Source: a virus | Lineage: Duplodnaviria > Caudoviricetes | Direction: 5' to 3' (one strand) | IMG/VR virus record: IMGVR_UViG_3300029288_000079 | Span: 32,001-96,000 of that record | DNA length: 64,000 bases | Shown here: positions 48,759 through 59,208 of the stretch, one piece after another | Position numbering within the stretch: position 1 is the stretch's first letter | How the letters are laid out: the number at the start of each line of letters is the position of its first letter | Notes under the pieces: model-generated | The model's input: the letters and a program-made list of their open reading frames with translations, nothing else | Databases searched by the model: none | What the model was told of the DNA's origin: nothing | Made by a program: the position numbers and the translations under genes

Positions 48759-49528
48759 ATAATTAAATTATTATTTACTGCTAGAGTTGTAGATAATTCT
48801 TCTTGAACCTTAAATGTAAATGAGAAATCTACTATATAAGGTTTTTCAGAACTGGCTATGGGACCAGTAAAATCGGTAAAGTATCCTATGAAATATTTAT
48901 CATAATAGTTCATCCCTAACAAAATTGTATCTTTCTGATTCTTAACTCTATGATCACTGTCATATAAGGCTTTCAATTGATTTAACCTCTGCCAAGCTAT
49001 AGATGTAGTAACATCATCTTCTTTACCTAGAACAGTACCATGTGTAAACTTATGCAAGCCACCTGACTTTCCTTCAACCCTTACTTCTGTTAAGGCATCT
49101 CCCCAATGTTGTATTTCCCACCCACCTCTAGTTCTTATTTCTGTTTGTAACTTCCTATACGTAGGAGTTATATGCTGAGGATCTAGATAGAATTCAAATA
49201 CATTTGGAACTGTCGCATTATCTTCTTCGTTAGTTTTTTCTTCCGTACCTTTTATATAATATTTTTTACTATCCATTTTTATATAAAGACCATATTTATT
49301 TGGACCATGCACAGTTTTGTCCATATACTGAAATGTGGATCCGCTATATTCAGGTATACTACTTGGATATATTCTGACTTTACCCTCTACCCATGATTTA
49401 TCAGAATAGATAATATCATTTTCTGAGATATCCTCAAGATACCATGAAGAAGCTAATTTCTCAAACCCAACTTTTTCATTGTTCCCACTTCTCTTTAATC
49501 TATATATTCTAAAAGGAATTTTACCCAT
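48755..49528 (-). CDS. Tail tube initiator/baseplate protein
   Basis: RTRGGW..QHWG, YIGYF..F..., FSFTFKV; position after tape measure. Confidence 0.6.
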   Translation of the reverse strand: MGKIPFRIYRLKRSGNNEKVGFEKLASSWYLEDISENDIIYSDKSWVEGKVRIYPSSIPEYSGSTFQYMDKTVHGPNKYGLYIKMDSKKYYIKGTEEKTNEEDNATVPNVFEFYLDPQHITPTYRKLQTEIRTRGGWEIQHWGDALTEVRVEGKSGGLHKFTHGTVLGKEDDVTTSIAWQRLNQLKALYDSDHRVKNQKDTILLGMNYYDKYFIGYFTDFTGPIASSEKPYIVDFSFTFKVQEELSTTLAVNNNLII

Positions 49529-50090
49529 TTAATGCTCCCATTATTCCAAAACTAAGGTTAGAATTTTTTTTAGGTGTTAATAATACACCCCAATTTTGAA
49601 AGGATTGTCTAGGTAAAGTATCTATATCATCTCTTTGCATAACTAATTGTAACTGAGTATCATCATCATCGATAAACAATGTTGTACCCAAAGGCTTACA
49701 ATATTCACTTTTATCTATATTCATTTTTAAAACAATTTCATAATTAAAGTATTGATATATATTAAATTTTTTCAATAGCATAATAGAAGGTTGTGCATCA
49801 AAAGGTCTGTTTAATTTTTCCCCTCTACTCACAATACCCATATTAACATCATTCTGATCCAGTGTCTTTAACACATCTAAAACATTCTCTTGAAGCTCGA
49901 TTATATTTCCTCTAATATCCTGTAAAACTCCTATAGATATAAGCTTATAAGGAGATTCTGTTTCATATGCCCCAATACCATCTCCATTAGGAGAATGACA
50001 ATTCCAGATAGTATTATCTAGATCAAAGATAATAGTATCATAAGGTTCAAGAATAGTATTTTCTAATGTATTATTTGAATATTCTGTCAT
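49521..50090 (-). CDS. HAD-family Mg-dependent phosphatase (MDP-1-like)
   Basis: FDLDNTIW, VSR, K, LFIDD. Confidence 0.8.
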   Translation of the reverse strand: MTEYSNNTLENTILEPYDTIIFDLDNTIWNCHSPNGDGIGAYETESPYKLISIGVLQDIRGNIIELQENVLDVLKTLDQNDVNMGIVSRGEKLNRPFDAQPSIMLLKKFNIYQYFNYEIVLKMNIDKSEYCKPLGTTLFIDDDDTQLQLVMQRDDIDTLPRQSFQNWGVLLTPKKNSNLSFGIMGALNG

Positions 50091-50730
50091 AACCTTTTTG
50101 AGTAAGAACTATATTGTGATCATCATCTACATCTAGATATTTATTTACTAACATAAAGTTATAGGCTCTGACAATCTTCATTCTTACTTCACCCCTATTT
50201 GCTTGCATTTTAGCTACATCATTTCCAAATGTATTTTTTAATGATTTATTTGTAACATAATCTATAAAATCTTTACTATGTTTGAAAACCTTATCATACT
50301 TATAAATAGTTTTAGCTATCATTTCAGGCAAGTCTTCCAACTCAGATAGTTGCTTATACTCTTTATCCTCAGGTGTAGCGTTTTCATCTAAAGTATTTTC
50401 TTCGGGAACTTTTTTTTCTGTATTAGGCTCTGCTATAGACTCATTTTTCATCACATAAAAATATTGTCCCCCACCTAATAAAGATCCTGTAGAAAAAAAG
50501 AACCACCAAGGTCCTACTTCAGTTTGAATAGCAAAACAACCTGCATACTTATTACTAAAATCCACTACTTTATATGGCCTATTAGCTTGTATTCTTAATT
50601 TACCATTCTTGTCACGAAGATCTTCTTTAGTAAAAACGGTATCCCCAACCTTTAACTTACCCCCCTCCACGAAGTCTACAGTTAAATTAATATCTGCCTT
50701 CTTTATAAAGGCTGTTCTCCAATTATTCAT
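50071..50730 (-). CDS. Hypothetical protein
   Basis: Packed ORF in the tail module. Confidence 0.6.
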   Translation of the reverse strand: MNNWRTAFIKKADINLTVDFVEGGKLKVGDTVFTKEDLRDKNGKLRIQANRPYKVVDFSNKYAGCFAIQTEVGPWWFFFSTGSLLGGGQYFYVMKNESIAEPNTEKKVPEENTLDENATPEDKEYKQLSELEDLPEMIAKTIYKYDKVFKHSKDFIDYVTNKSLKNTFGNDVAKMQANRGEVRMKIVRAYNFMLVNKYLDVDDDHNIVLTQKGYDRIFK

Positions 50731-50732
50731 AT

Positions 50733-52841
50733 TTACCTTGTATTATTATAGGTTTGAACAGATGTTGATGAGTTAAATACAAAATCAATCACAGCTCTAT
50801 TATTTTCCACACTCTGTTTTCTTACATTACCATCATCTGTATGTATGTATAAATCTATAGTTGAGCTATTTCCCCCATTTCCAACAACTTCTCCATTGAG
50901 AATTTTCTGTGTAGCAGCTTCTTTTCCTCCAACATCTTTAATAAACTGATTTGCTTTATCAGAAGCCGTATTGATTTGAGATTGCATAAATTTATTATAT
51001 TCCTTAATAGAACCTGCTCCCTGTGAAGCTGCCCTACGTTGCCCAACAGCTTCAGAAGTATTTAACATACTTATCTGTACAAAGTCTTTGGGAGCTACCT
51101 TAGCTAAATTTGTCATCATCTCACCACGTTGTTTAGATTGAATTTCATTGAGTGTTTCAGCCCCTTCTGCAGCCATAAAAGGTATAGATAGATATGGTAA
51201 AAATTTACCAAAAGACTTAGCTTTATTAAAAAGTCCTCCAGTTTTACTAATTTTACCTCCACTATTAAAACCATTCATTGCAAAGGCAAGATCTGCTTCT
51301 TCAGACATAGTTGAGGAAGCAATTGAAGACCCTCCACCCCCTCCGAAAAGACCTGATAAAAATTTTCCACGAGGTGCCCCCTTACCTCGTAATAATTTCC
51401 ACATAGCATAAAATTGAGCTGCATCTGCAGCCATTCCAATACCTGTACCTACAGTTTCAAGTGCAGTGGGAGCTATATCTCTAACTGAATCTGGTAAATT
51501 ATTTTGTAATGTTTGTTTTTTTTGTTCAAACCAATCTTTTAAAGTCCTATTACCCTTTATAACTCCTTTTAAAGATTCTTCATATTCAGTAAATAAAGTA
51601 GGATTTTTTTTAAGAGATTCTTGCCAATCTTTTAGTGATTTATTTACATCCCCTTGTATTTTTCTATAATCCTCTTCTGATACTTTAGACATGGCTAACA
51701 TCTTTTCTCTAGCTTCTTGTCCAGTACCTATGTTCATAAACTTGCCAAAAGTATTTACCAATGCCATACTTCTAGGATCATCCCCCATTCCTGGTAATTT
51801 CCTAGAAACATCAAACATTAACTTTATGATATCTTCAGGTTTTCTAACATCAATTCCTTGAGTACTTACACCCGCCATATGTGCTGCACCTAAAAGTTGT
51901 TCCTTACCTGCAACAGAAGTAGATGTTGAAATGGCCCCACCAATTATACTTCCTGCATTAGTAGCCCCAAATTGAGCTCCTTTCATACCCAAGGCTCCTA
52001 CCATACCCATTGCCTTGGCATAAGCCTGCTCTTCATTAGCAACTCCGGGAGTACCTATTAAGCTACTAGCAATATCATTTATATTGCTAAGACTTTGGCC
52101 CATATTACCTACATTACCAGAAAAACTTAATAAACCTGAATTTTTATGGACAGCATTTGCTAAAGATCTTTGTATAGTAAATTGCTTATTTGTATTACTT
52201 ACACCACCAAATCCACCATGTCTACTTTGAAACCCTAATATAGAAGATGCTAAATCAGTACCTCCACCAACTTGATACATACCTGCAAGAGTGGCCAATG
52301 ACTCCATATTTTTAGTATCCATATTATTTCCAGTCATCTGACCAAATAACTGCTTATAAGCCTGCATAGTCTGTTCTGCAGTAGCTACATTAGTATTACC
52401 TATAACATTTCCTCTGAATACACCCATATATTTTGCACTACCTAAAGCAGTTGTAGCACCCCCAGGTAAATTGCTCAAGTTGCTAAAATGCCCCATCTGT
52501 AAAGCAGTTTCTCTCAGCTGATTATTCAAGTTAGCAACAGATTGAGTAATACCACCAATAAATATACCTACACGAGCAAATTGTGTCGAGGTATTAACTA
52601 CCTTCTCCATATTAGATATTTGTTCTTTAGTTAGATCATTAGCCTCTCGAATAGCTTTTATATAATGATTTCTTATCTGATTAGATAAACCTATAAACAC
52701 TGTACCAGACATTATAGGATTTCTAGATATGCTACTTAAACTATTTCCAAATTCTTGAAGAATTGTAGTGGCACCAAGTAACTTAGTAGAGGCATCTCCA
52801 ACAGTCTGTTCAGCCTGCAATATATTTTTGTCTTCAGCCAT
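50733..52841 (-). CDS. Tape measure protein
   Basis: Ala/Gly/Met-rich helical protein downstream of tube and chaperones. Confidence 0.7.
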   Translation of the reverse strand: MAEDKNILQAEQTVGDASTKLLGATTILQEFGNSLSSISRNPIMSGTVFIGLSNQIRNHYIKAIREANDLTKEQISNMEKVVNTSTQFARVGIFIGGITQSVANLNNQLRETALQMGHFSNLSNLPGGATTALGSAKYMGVFRGNVIGNTNVATAEQTMQAYKQLFGQMTGNNMDTKNMESLATLAGMYQVGGGTDLASSILGFQSRHGGFGGVSNTNKQFTIQRSLANAVHKNSGLLSFSGNVGNMGQSLSNINDIASSLIGTPGVANEEQAYAKAMGMVGALGMKGAQFGATNAGSIIGGAISTSTSVAGKEQLLGAAHMAGVSTQGIDVRKPEDIIKLMFDVSRKLPGMGDDPRSMALVNTFGKFMNIGTGQEAREKMLAMSKVSEEDYRKIQGDVNKSLKDWQESLKKNPTLFTEYEESLKGVIKGNRTLKDWFEQKKQTLQNNLPDSVRDIAPTALETVGTGIGMAADAAQFYAMWKLLRGKGAPRGKFLSGLFGGGGGSSIASSTMSEEADLAFAMNGFNSGGKISKTGGLFNKAKSFGKFLPYLSIPFMAAEGAETLNEIQSKQRGEMMTNLAKVAPKDFVQISMLNTSEAVGQRRAASQGAGSIKEYNKFMQSQINTASDKANQFIKDVGGKEAATQKILNGEVVGNGGNSSTIDLYIHTDDGNVRKQSVENNRAVIDFVFNSSTSVQTYNNTR

Positions 52842-52842
52842 A

Positions 52843-53456
52843 TTATAATATTATATCCAAATCTTTTGGTAGTTCAGAATCTGCTTCTGCCATAGCTTTT
52901 CGTTGCTTATTAAAAGCCACATTATCATGCTTAGCTACCTTATGTTTTTCTACATCAGACCACAATTTAGGGTTTATCCATGGGATGATGCTATCTCTAA
53001 CAGCTTCTATAAGATCTATATTTTCTTCCTTATCTATAATAGTACTATAAAGAATCCACATCTTTTGTTCATCTATCATGTCTTTAATAGGTGTCTTTGA
53101 AGCATGATTATAAATTATCCAATTACTTCTAGATATATTTTTTCTACAAAAATCTTCTACATTTTCTCTTACATATTCAGACCATTCCTCCAAAGCACCC
53201 TTAAAATCACTCCATAATTCTGAAACTAAATAAGTAGATAAATTTTTAATTATATTAGTATTTTCACAGCCAAAACTTTTCTCTAATATATTTATAGGCA
53301 TGGTGTTACATAAACCAATCAATGTAACTGGAAACTGTAATTTATTAAGATTTATATTTGATGAATCTTGAAAAGGACGCAATAATACTTTAGGAGGTAT
53401 CCCGTCTATAAAAGCTTTTTCAAGATCTGGTTGGGTAAACTTAAACCGCTTTGGGG
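52843..53456 (-). CDS. Second tail-assembly chaperone segment (T-like), possibly reached by frameshift
   Basis: Between chaperone and tape measure. The first ~75 aa of the 280-aa track ORF merely overlap the upstream gene. Confidence 0.5.
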
Positions 53457-54196
53457 CAGGACTCTCTATGTTTCTTAAATTCCTCAAGACTATCCAGCTC
53501 CTTCCCACATTTACAATTATAATCGGAGAACTCGAAAGAGCCATCAGGCTCATCGACTTTTGCTTCAGAGTTAGTTTCTGAAGCTTTTGTAGCAAGATTT
53601 GATGATTCTTCCTCTTCATTTTCTTCGAAATTAAAATCTTGCAAGGATATTTTATCTTTACAATTTGGACATATAATTTCTGCAAGACTATATTTTAAAA
53701 CAAAAGAATCTTCTGGAAAGTTTTTTTCTGAAAAAACTTGACCACAATAACCACAAGATAAATTATTATTAAGAACTCTAACTTGTTTTAATTGCAAGCC
53801 TGAATATACAAATTGCAATCTCTCTATAACAATATTTTCTAGATTTTGAATCCAGCCCCTCAGATATTGTAATTCAGAAAGATTTGTTTTATGCTGATCA
53901 TTATATTTTTTAAGTTCTTCAAGAGAAATAAGAGATCTACCATCTATAGACCAAATAGATCTTATTAGTGTTTCTTGAACTGTAGATATATCTCTTGCAT
54001 TTTCTGGAATCTCATCACAATATTTAGCAATATCTAAAACCTCTCCTGCATTACATATACGCATACCAAAAATTTTATTTTTCCATTTAGTTCCAACCCA
54101 ATCATGGAAGGGTTTTATTTCATAAATACTACTATCTTTTGTTATTTGACCCAGCTCCTCCAGCGAAGTCAATATATCATTGACAGGCTCCATCAT
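53441..54196 (-). CDS. Tail assembly chaperone (G-like) with zinc-binding motifs
   Basis: Immediately after tail tube; CGYC, CPNC, CKC..H..C; GGAGG SD. Confidence 0.6.
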   Translation of the reverse strand: MMEPVNDILTSLEELGQITKDSSIYEIKPFHDWVGTKWKNKIFGMRICNAGEVLDIAKYCDEIPENARDISTVQETLIRSIWSIDGRSLISLEELKKYNDQHKTNLSELQYLRGWIQNLENIVIERLQFVYSGLQLKQVRVLNNNLSCGYCGQVFSEKNFPEDSFVLKYSLAEIICPNCKDKISLQDFNFEENEEEESSNLATKASETNSEAKVDEPDGSFEFSDYNCKCGKELDSLEEFKKHRESCPKAV

Positions 54197-54211
54197 ATAA
54201 CCTCCATTATA

Positions 54212-54658
54212 TTATCCAATAACAATGAATTCCACTTGCAGAGAAACATTCTCTGTAACTGTTATCTGACCCTCACGAATATTTTTACCTAGAGAATCTA
54301 TCCAGCAATTGTGATATTCGGTCTTTTTAATTTCACCATTAGGACCTTGAAGAATCTCCGTTATATTAATCGGGTTTGTAGCTTTGGATACTTCATCAGA
54401 ATTGCTAATACCTAGGGCTTCTAATAGACTATTTTCATAAGTTTCTAATCTATCAATAGTTATTCTATATTCACTACGGCCAGGAACTATCTCAAAGGTA
54501 TCTTTGTCACTAGCATTTCTATTTATCTCAAAAATGCGTTCCAAACGTCTACTCATTGTAGCATTAAACCCTTGTAGAGTTCCAATAGCCTTACCATTGT
54601 TATTTTTTACAGTATAGGCGTAAGAAACAACTGTTTTTCTATTTGGAATACTTGCCAT
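54212..54658 (-). CDS. Tail tube protein
   Basis: 148 aa after sheath; IGTLQ, EIVPG, YHNCWI. Confidence 0.8.
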   Translation of the reverse strand: MASIPNRKTVVSYAYTVKNNNGKAIGTLQGFNATMSRRLERIFEINRNASDKDTFEIVPGRSEYRITIDRLETYENSLLEALGISNSDEVSKATNPINITEILQGPNGEIKKTEYHNCWIDSLGKNIREGQITVTENVSLQVEFIVIG

Positions 54659-54720
54659 TTTATTTTTCCTTTATAAGTTTAATTCTATAAATTACAAAAT
54701 CTATATTATCAATCATTGTA

Positions 54721-56190
54721 TTATCCGACATATGTTGATACAGTACAAGAAATAAATTTTAACGGGTATAATGGCATATAACTACATGTAAGATCCACCT
54801 GTCTTGGTTCTATAGAATTCTGAACCGCTGATATAGCAACCTCACCTGTTATAGGATTATCAACTTGGCCATATCTATTTATTTCCCTAGCATTAATTAG
54901 AGATTGTAAAATACTACCACCAGTTGCAATTACATCAAGTATTGTTGTAGATGTTATTACAACGCCTTTACCTTTAAATGCATTATCTAAACCATCTTTT
55001 AAAGTTCGTTTTACTAATCTACGAACTGATTCCACAGACTCTTCCTCAGTATCTGCTGACGTTGAGTCGGTAGTGATACAGTCTCTAATAGTTATGACAC
55101 CTGAACGACTTTCTAATACGAGAGCACCTGCAGCTCCCAATTGATTCATCTCATATTCATTCCACTTTTCATCTTCAATAATTATACCTGTAACAACCAT
55201 TCCAGTTAAAGGTGTTGATCGTAAAGATTGAGATCCTTTAAGACCTGCAACAGCAATAGCTGCATAATTACCATCAAGTTCCATATATGCATTGTTAGCG
55301 TCTTTTCTACGCACACGACTAGGAACAACATATATTCTTCGTCTATCATTTATAGCATTAGCTCGATAACAATATGTTCCAGAAGCTGTAGTATCACCTA
55401 TAGTATCAAACCCATCTGATGCACTATAGGGTGAAGGAGATCCATCCATAAGTCCACGACCTCTATTAGCATTGTCCATAGTTAATACATGCGTATAGGC
55501 ATATGTTATAATAGATTGCTGACTTGCAGCAGTAACACTTCCAGAAGGAAATACACATACAACAGATTCAATATTTTTCTTTTTCTTCAACGTATCAATT
55601 GCAGTCTTATATGCAGCTTCTGAATAAGTAGATCCAGAAGACTGAACCAACATAACTGCAGGACTTCCATTCTCAATTGCAATTGACCCAGCAATTGCAA
55701 GTATACCATTTGTGGTATTTTCAGAACCATACTTTGCTAGAATAGAAGTTTTGTCACTCATAATAGCAGGATCAAATTGAGTTGTAGGAACATCATAATT
55801 ATATGTTACATAGTATGTTGATCCTGTTGCAGGAATATCTGCAGGAACTGTACCTTGTGTCCAGCTCATAATACCTGTAGTTCCTGTAGAACCTGATGCA
55901 GCTACATTATTTGCATATAAAGCACCATTAATTACTATATCAATTGCAGCGGCAGATCCTGAAGCAATTCCTGGAGTATTAGCTATTTGTGTTGTAACAA
56001 CTGATGTAGCAGGATATGCAGATAGATTATCTGTAGCCCCAACACCTCGCGTAATAGCCTCATCAATGACATATCTTTTCATCGGACCTATTCCGACAAT
56101 TGCCGGAATCATATTATCACCAGCAATATTAATTATTCTTGGATTGTCTACTGTGTTTACAGTAGTTCCAGGTTGTCTATAACTAGGCAT
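54721..56190 (-). CDS. Contractile tail sheath protein
   Basis: YRQPGT N-terminus; C-terminal PLYPLKFI; RDCITT. Confidence 0.88.
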   Translation of the reverse strand: MPSYRQPGTTVNTVDNPRIINIAGDNMIPAIVGIGPMKRYVIDEAITRGVGATDNLSAYPATSVVTTQIANTPGIASGSAAAIDIVINGALYANNVAASGSTGTTGIMSWTQGTVPADIPATGSTYYVTYNYDVPTTQFDPAIMSDKTSILAKYGSENTTNGILAIAGSIAIENGSPAVMLVQSSGSTYSEAAYKTAIDTLKKKKNIESVVCVFPSGSVTAASQQSIITYAYTHVLTMDNANRGRGLMDGSPSPYSASDGFDTIGDTTASGTYCYRANAINDRRRIYVVPSRVRRKDANNAYMELDGNYAAIAVAGLKGSQSLRSTPLTGMVVTGIIIEDEKWNEYEMNQLGAAGALVLESRSGVITIRDCITTDSTSADTEEESVESVRRLVKRTLKDGLDNAFKGKGVVITSTTILDVIATGGSILQSLINAREINRYGQVDNPITGEVAISAVQNSIEPRQVDLTCSYMPLYPLKFISCTVSTYVG

Positions 56191-56259
56191 TATGTATCTC
56201 CTTAAATTTAATTTGTCTACTATCTATGATATATATGTGTTTTTTAATAAAAAAATCAA

Positions 56260-57330
56260 CTAGTCAGTATCATAAAATGCTGTTGGTATTGCCGTTGTAT
56301 CCTTCAAATAATTAGCATTAAACTGTTGTGACCATTCTGTCATTACAGTAAGTGATATCGGTACAGTAAAAATAAGGTCTTTTTCACCTCTTCTACGATT
56401 TTCTACAGCTCCTATTCGAATATCCTTAATATTTATACCTGCAACAGATAGTGTTCCTGAAGAGTTTGAATAAGAGATAGTAGGTAACTCCATACCATCA
56501 ATAGCATCAGATTCTCTGCTTATAACAGCATGTTTACCTAAAGATAAATATTGAATTATAAGTTCAGACAAATCATAAGCTTGTGCAGTTTGATTCTTTG
56601 ACATGCATCTAAAGACCATATTACACTCATATAAGCCACCAAATGTTAGACTACTTGGAAATCTTACAAATCCTACAACACTTCCTGTGGATTGGATACT
56701 ACCCGTACCAGAAATATATTTTGTAGTCCTGGTAGTATCTATTCCAATATAATAATCACTACCCGAAGCTACTTGAAGTTCAATCCAATAATCTTGTTGA
56801 TCTAACGTAATTGTTGGAAATAATTCAGTTTCCATATCTTGAAATGTTATTTCAGTTATACCTGATAAAGACCCTGAAGCAACTAATATAGGTGTTGTAA
56901 GATAATCTTTATATAAATTAACTGTAATGTCATCTCCACCCCCACCTGTCTGTGACCAAGCTCCTTTTAAAGATATGTTTCCTAAAGTTTTAGTTAGTAA
57001 ATTATCAGTCAATGAAAATGCTACTGGAGCATTTGATGATAAAATAACCATTGAAAGATTTCTATTACCTATAATCTCCACACTATCAGCTCCTGTAGTT
57101 AAAAAGTCATTAAATCCAAAAGGAGTTATAGATCCTCCATTACTTCCTAACGTTATTACAGGATATTTCTCATTCTCATTATAAAATTGTTCAAATACTA
57201 ATTGCTCACTTCCACTTGAGAATTGTACAATCTCTACTCCCAGATTAACCCATTGAGAGTTATAACGAAAAACTCTGCGGAGATAATTTGTTAAATTACT
57301 TATGAGATATTTGTTTAAATGATAATGCAT
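56260..57330 (-). CDS. Tail completion/terminator-like protein
   Basis: Upstream of sheath; YPVITL motif. Confidence 0.5.
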   Translation of the reverse strand: MHYHLNKYLISNLTNYLRRVFRYNSQWVNLGVEIVQFSSGSEQLVFEQFYNENEKYPVITLGSNGGSITPFGFNDFLTTGADSVEIIGNRNLSMVILSSNAPVAFSLTDNLLTKTLGNISLKGAWSQTGGGGDDITVNLYKDYLTTPILVASGSLSGITEITFQDMETELFPTITLDQQDYWIELQVASGSDYYIGIDTTRTTKYISGTGSIQSTGSVVGFVRFPSSLTFGGLYECNMVFRCMSKNQTAQAYDLSELIIQYLSLGKHAVISRESDAIDGMELPTISYSNSSGTLSVAGINIKDIRIGAVENRRRGEKDLIFTVPISLTVMTEWSQQFNANYLKDTTAIPTAFYDTD

Positions 57331-57571
57331 TTTTTATTGCCTCTATTTCAAATGATTTAAACCACATTAGGTCTTTCATATTTGGAAATTGCACTCCCCA
57401 AGCATCATTACCTTTATCTAATCTCCTGACTATTCCAATTGATCTATTCTGCTGCAATTTTTTTAATACATATTCTAATGAAAACGTAGGTGTTACTTCA
57501 TAGTGAAATTTTGTTATTCCAGGACTCAAAGTAACTCGAGATCCCAATTCAATGTCAGGATTTGGTTTCAT
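57296..57571 (-). CDS. Hypothetical protein (SH3-like)
   Basis: IELGSRV...GIV...WGVQF..WF..EIE. Confidence 0.5.
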   Translation of the reverse strand: MKPNPDIELGSRVTLSPGITKFHYEVTPTFSLEYVLKKLQQNRSIGIVRRLDKGNDAWGVQFPNMKDLMWFKSFEIEAIKNALSFKQISHK

Positions 57572-57710
57572 TAATTTCTATGCCGCAAATTGAATGTAAG
57601 TGTATTTTGTAATTTTTCTACAGTCCATATACCATCTATTACAAGATAGAGAAGATATTTGTAAGGTTTTAAAATATGTACATAATTTTTTATACTACTA
57701 TCTAACTTTT

Positions 57711-58580
57711 TCATACTGTTGTTATAGATATATTATATCTTGGGTCCGTTTTTTCTATATACCTTAATTTAAATCTCTGCGTAATAAGAGACCCCTGGAT
57801 ATATGAATCTCTTTTATCTACAACTTCATAACGTTCTTCTTCACCACTGAAAGTTTGATCACCAAATGCCACAAAAATATCATAATTATAAATTTTAGGC
57901 TCCCAAATTATCCAGCAATCTGCCTGTTCCATCTCAACTCGGCCCTCCTCATTGACTATGAGCTCATTTTGAGATAATGGGTACCTGAGTAATACTTGAT
58001 TAACTCCTCTAAATCCATCAAAGGTAGTGTCAAGATATTGCTTCCACCCATATAAAGAGTCATTAGTACCTTCACCAGACTTCACTCTTTCAACGTTAAT
58101 TCCAGGTTCTAGAGTAGTATAATAATACTGGATAATAGACCCAGAAGCATTGAAGCCTGTATTAAATACTAACTCCACTCTTGCAGGAGACAGATCCACA
58201 CGCTTGACAACTGCAAACTCATTATCATTTACAAGGTCATCAATATCAATAACCCGAGTAGCTTCTACAGAATTTATTAGAACAGATATAGAACCTTTTC
58301 CATCATTAGTATATGGCCTTATATCCGGATGATTGGATCCTGAGGACCAGATAGAAGCTCTATATCTTGGAATTGTCTCAACATAAGATGTCACTGTGTA
58401 TGGACTTGTAGCATTACCTGCAACTGATCCCGATCCCAAAGTTTGTAATAAATATACTTTAAGCGGAGATATCCTAGATTGGATAACCATAGATTCTCTT
58501 ATATAGTTTATAATTTCTGTCTCACAACAACCAAGCATTCCATCATAGTCATTGATACTTGGATAATTAGGATCAGACAT
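57711..58580 (-). CDS. Neck/head-closure-like virion protein
   Basis: Position; C-terminal ERYEV...QRFKL...DPRY. Confidence 0.5.
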   Translation of the reverse strand: MSDPNYPSINDYDGMLGCCETEIINYIRESMVIQSRISPLKVYLLQTLGSGSVAGNATSPYTVTSYVETIPRYRASIWSSGSNHPDIRPYTNDGKGSISVLINSVEATRVIDIDDLVNDNEFAVVKRVDLSPARVELVFNTGFNASGSIIQYYYTTLEPGINVERVKSGEGTNDSLYGWKQYLDTTFDGFRGVNQVLLRYPLSQNELIVNEEGRVEMEQADCWIIWEPKIYNYDIFVAFGDQTFSGEEERYEVVDKRDSYIQGSLITQRFKLRYIEKTDPRYNISITTV

Positions 58581-58610
58581 ATTTTATTTTCCTTGTATTA
58601 TTCCAACTAA

Positions 58611-59207
58611 TTATTTTAAAACTTCATTTTCTGTAAAAAGTGTATAATCAAAAAACTCAGACCATTTGTTATATAAATGATCGTCTATCTGACTCATAAA
58701 AGTATCAAACTCAGAAAGCTTTGCTATCACTTGGCATCCTGCAGACCACTTATCTACTACAGTACTATCAACTCCCGCATGGTGTATATTAATCCCATCA
58801 TGCTCAGAATCTTGTGGTGTGGTTTGATCATATTCGCCATCTTTATCATTATCACGCCACACTCTTAATTTTCCACACTGTACTAATGCACGATATTGAC
58901 CTTTATGTAATCCTATTTTATGGCTGCACAAGTATTGTCCAGGAATCAAAATTGCAGTTCCTTTAATATTTATAGGATTATTTAAATAAAAAAGTCCTGG
59001 ATCAGTTGTTGCATTACACAATAAAGCCTCCCGAACACCTCCATTATTCATTCTGAGTATACCAATTATGTCATCAAACTTATTAATAGCTCCTAAATCA
59101 GCCCTGATACCGAAGATATTTGCCTGGTATATCCCATAGGTAAGTTTATATTTTTTATCATTATAAGCTTTTAATAAATTGTCGGTTGTAATATCTGCCC
59201 AGTTCAA
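58611..59207 (-). CDS. Putative peptidoglycan hydrolase with YkuD-like Cys-His motif (candidate endolysin)
   Basis: TTDPG, PGQY, GINIH-x10-WSAGCQV. Confidence 0.55.
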   Translation of the reverse strand: MNWADITTDNLLKAYNDKKYKLTYGIYQANIFGIRADLGAINKFDDIIGILRMNNGGVREALLCNATTDPGLFYLNNPINIKGTAILIPGQYLCSHKIGLHKGQYRALVQCGKLRVWRDNDKDGEYDQTTPQDSEHDGINIHHAGVDSTVVDKWSAGCQVIAKLSEFDTFMSQIDDHLYNKWSEFFDYTLFTENEVLK

Positions 59208-59208
59208 T

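Noticed and set aside
53457-53685. N-terminal 75 aa of the 280-aa ORF
   Set aside because: TTG start without SD, fully overlapping the chaperone gene in another frame.
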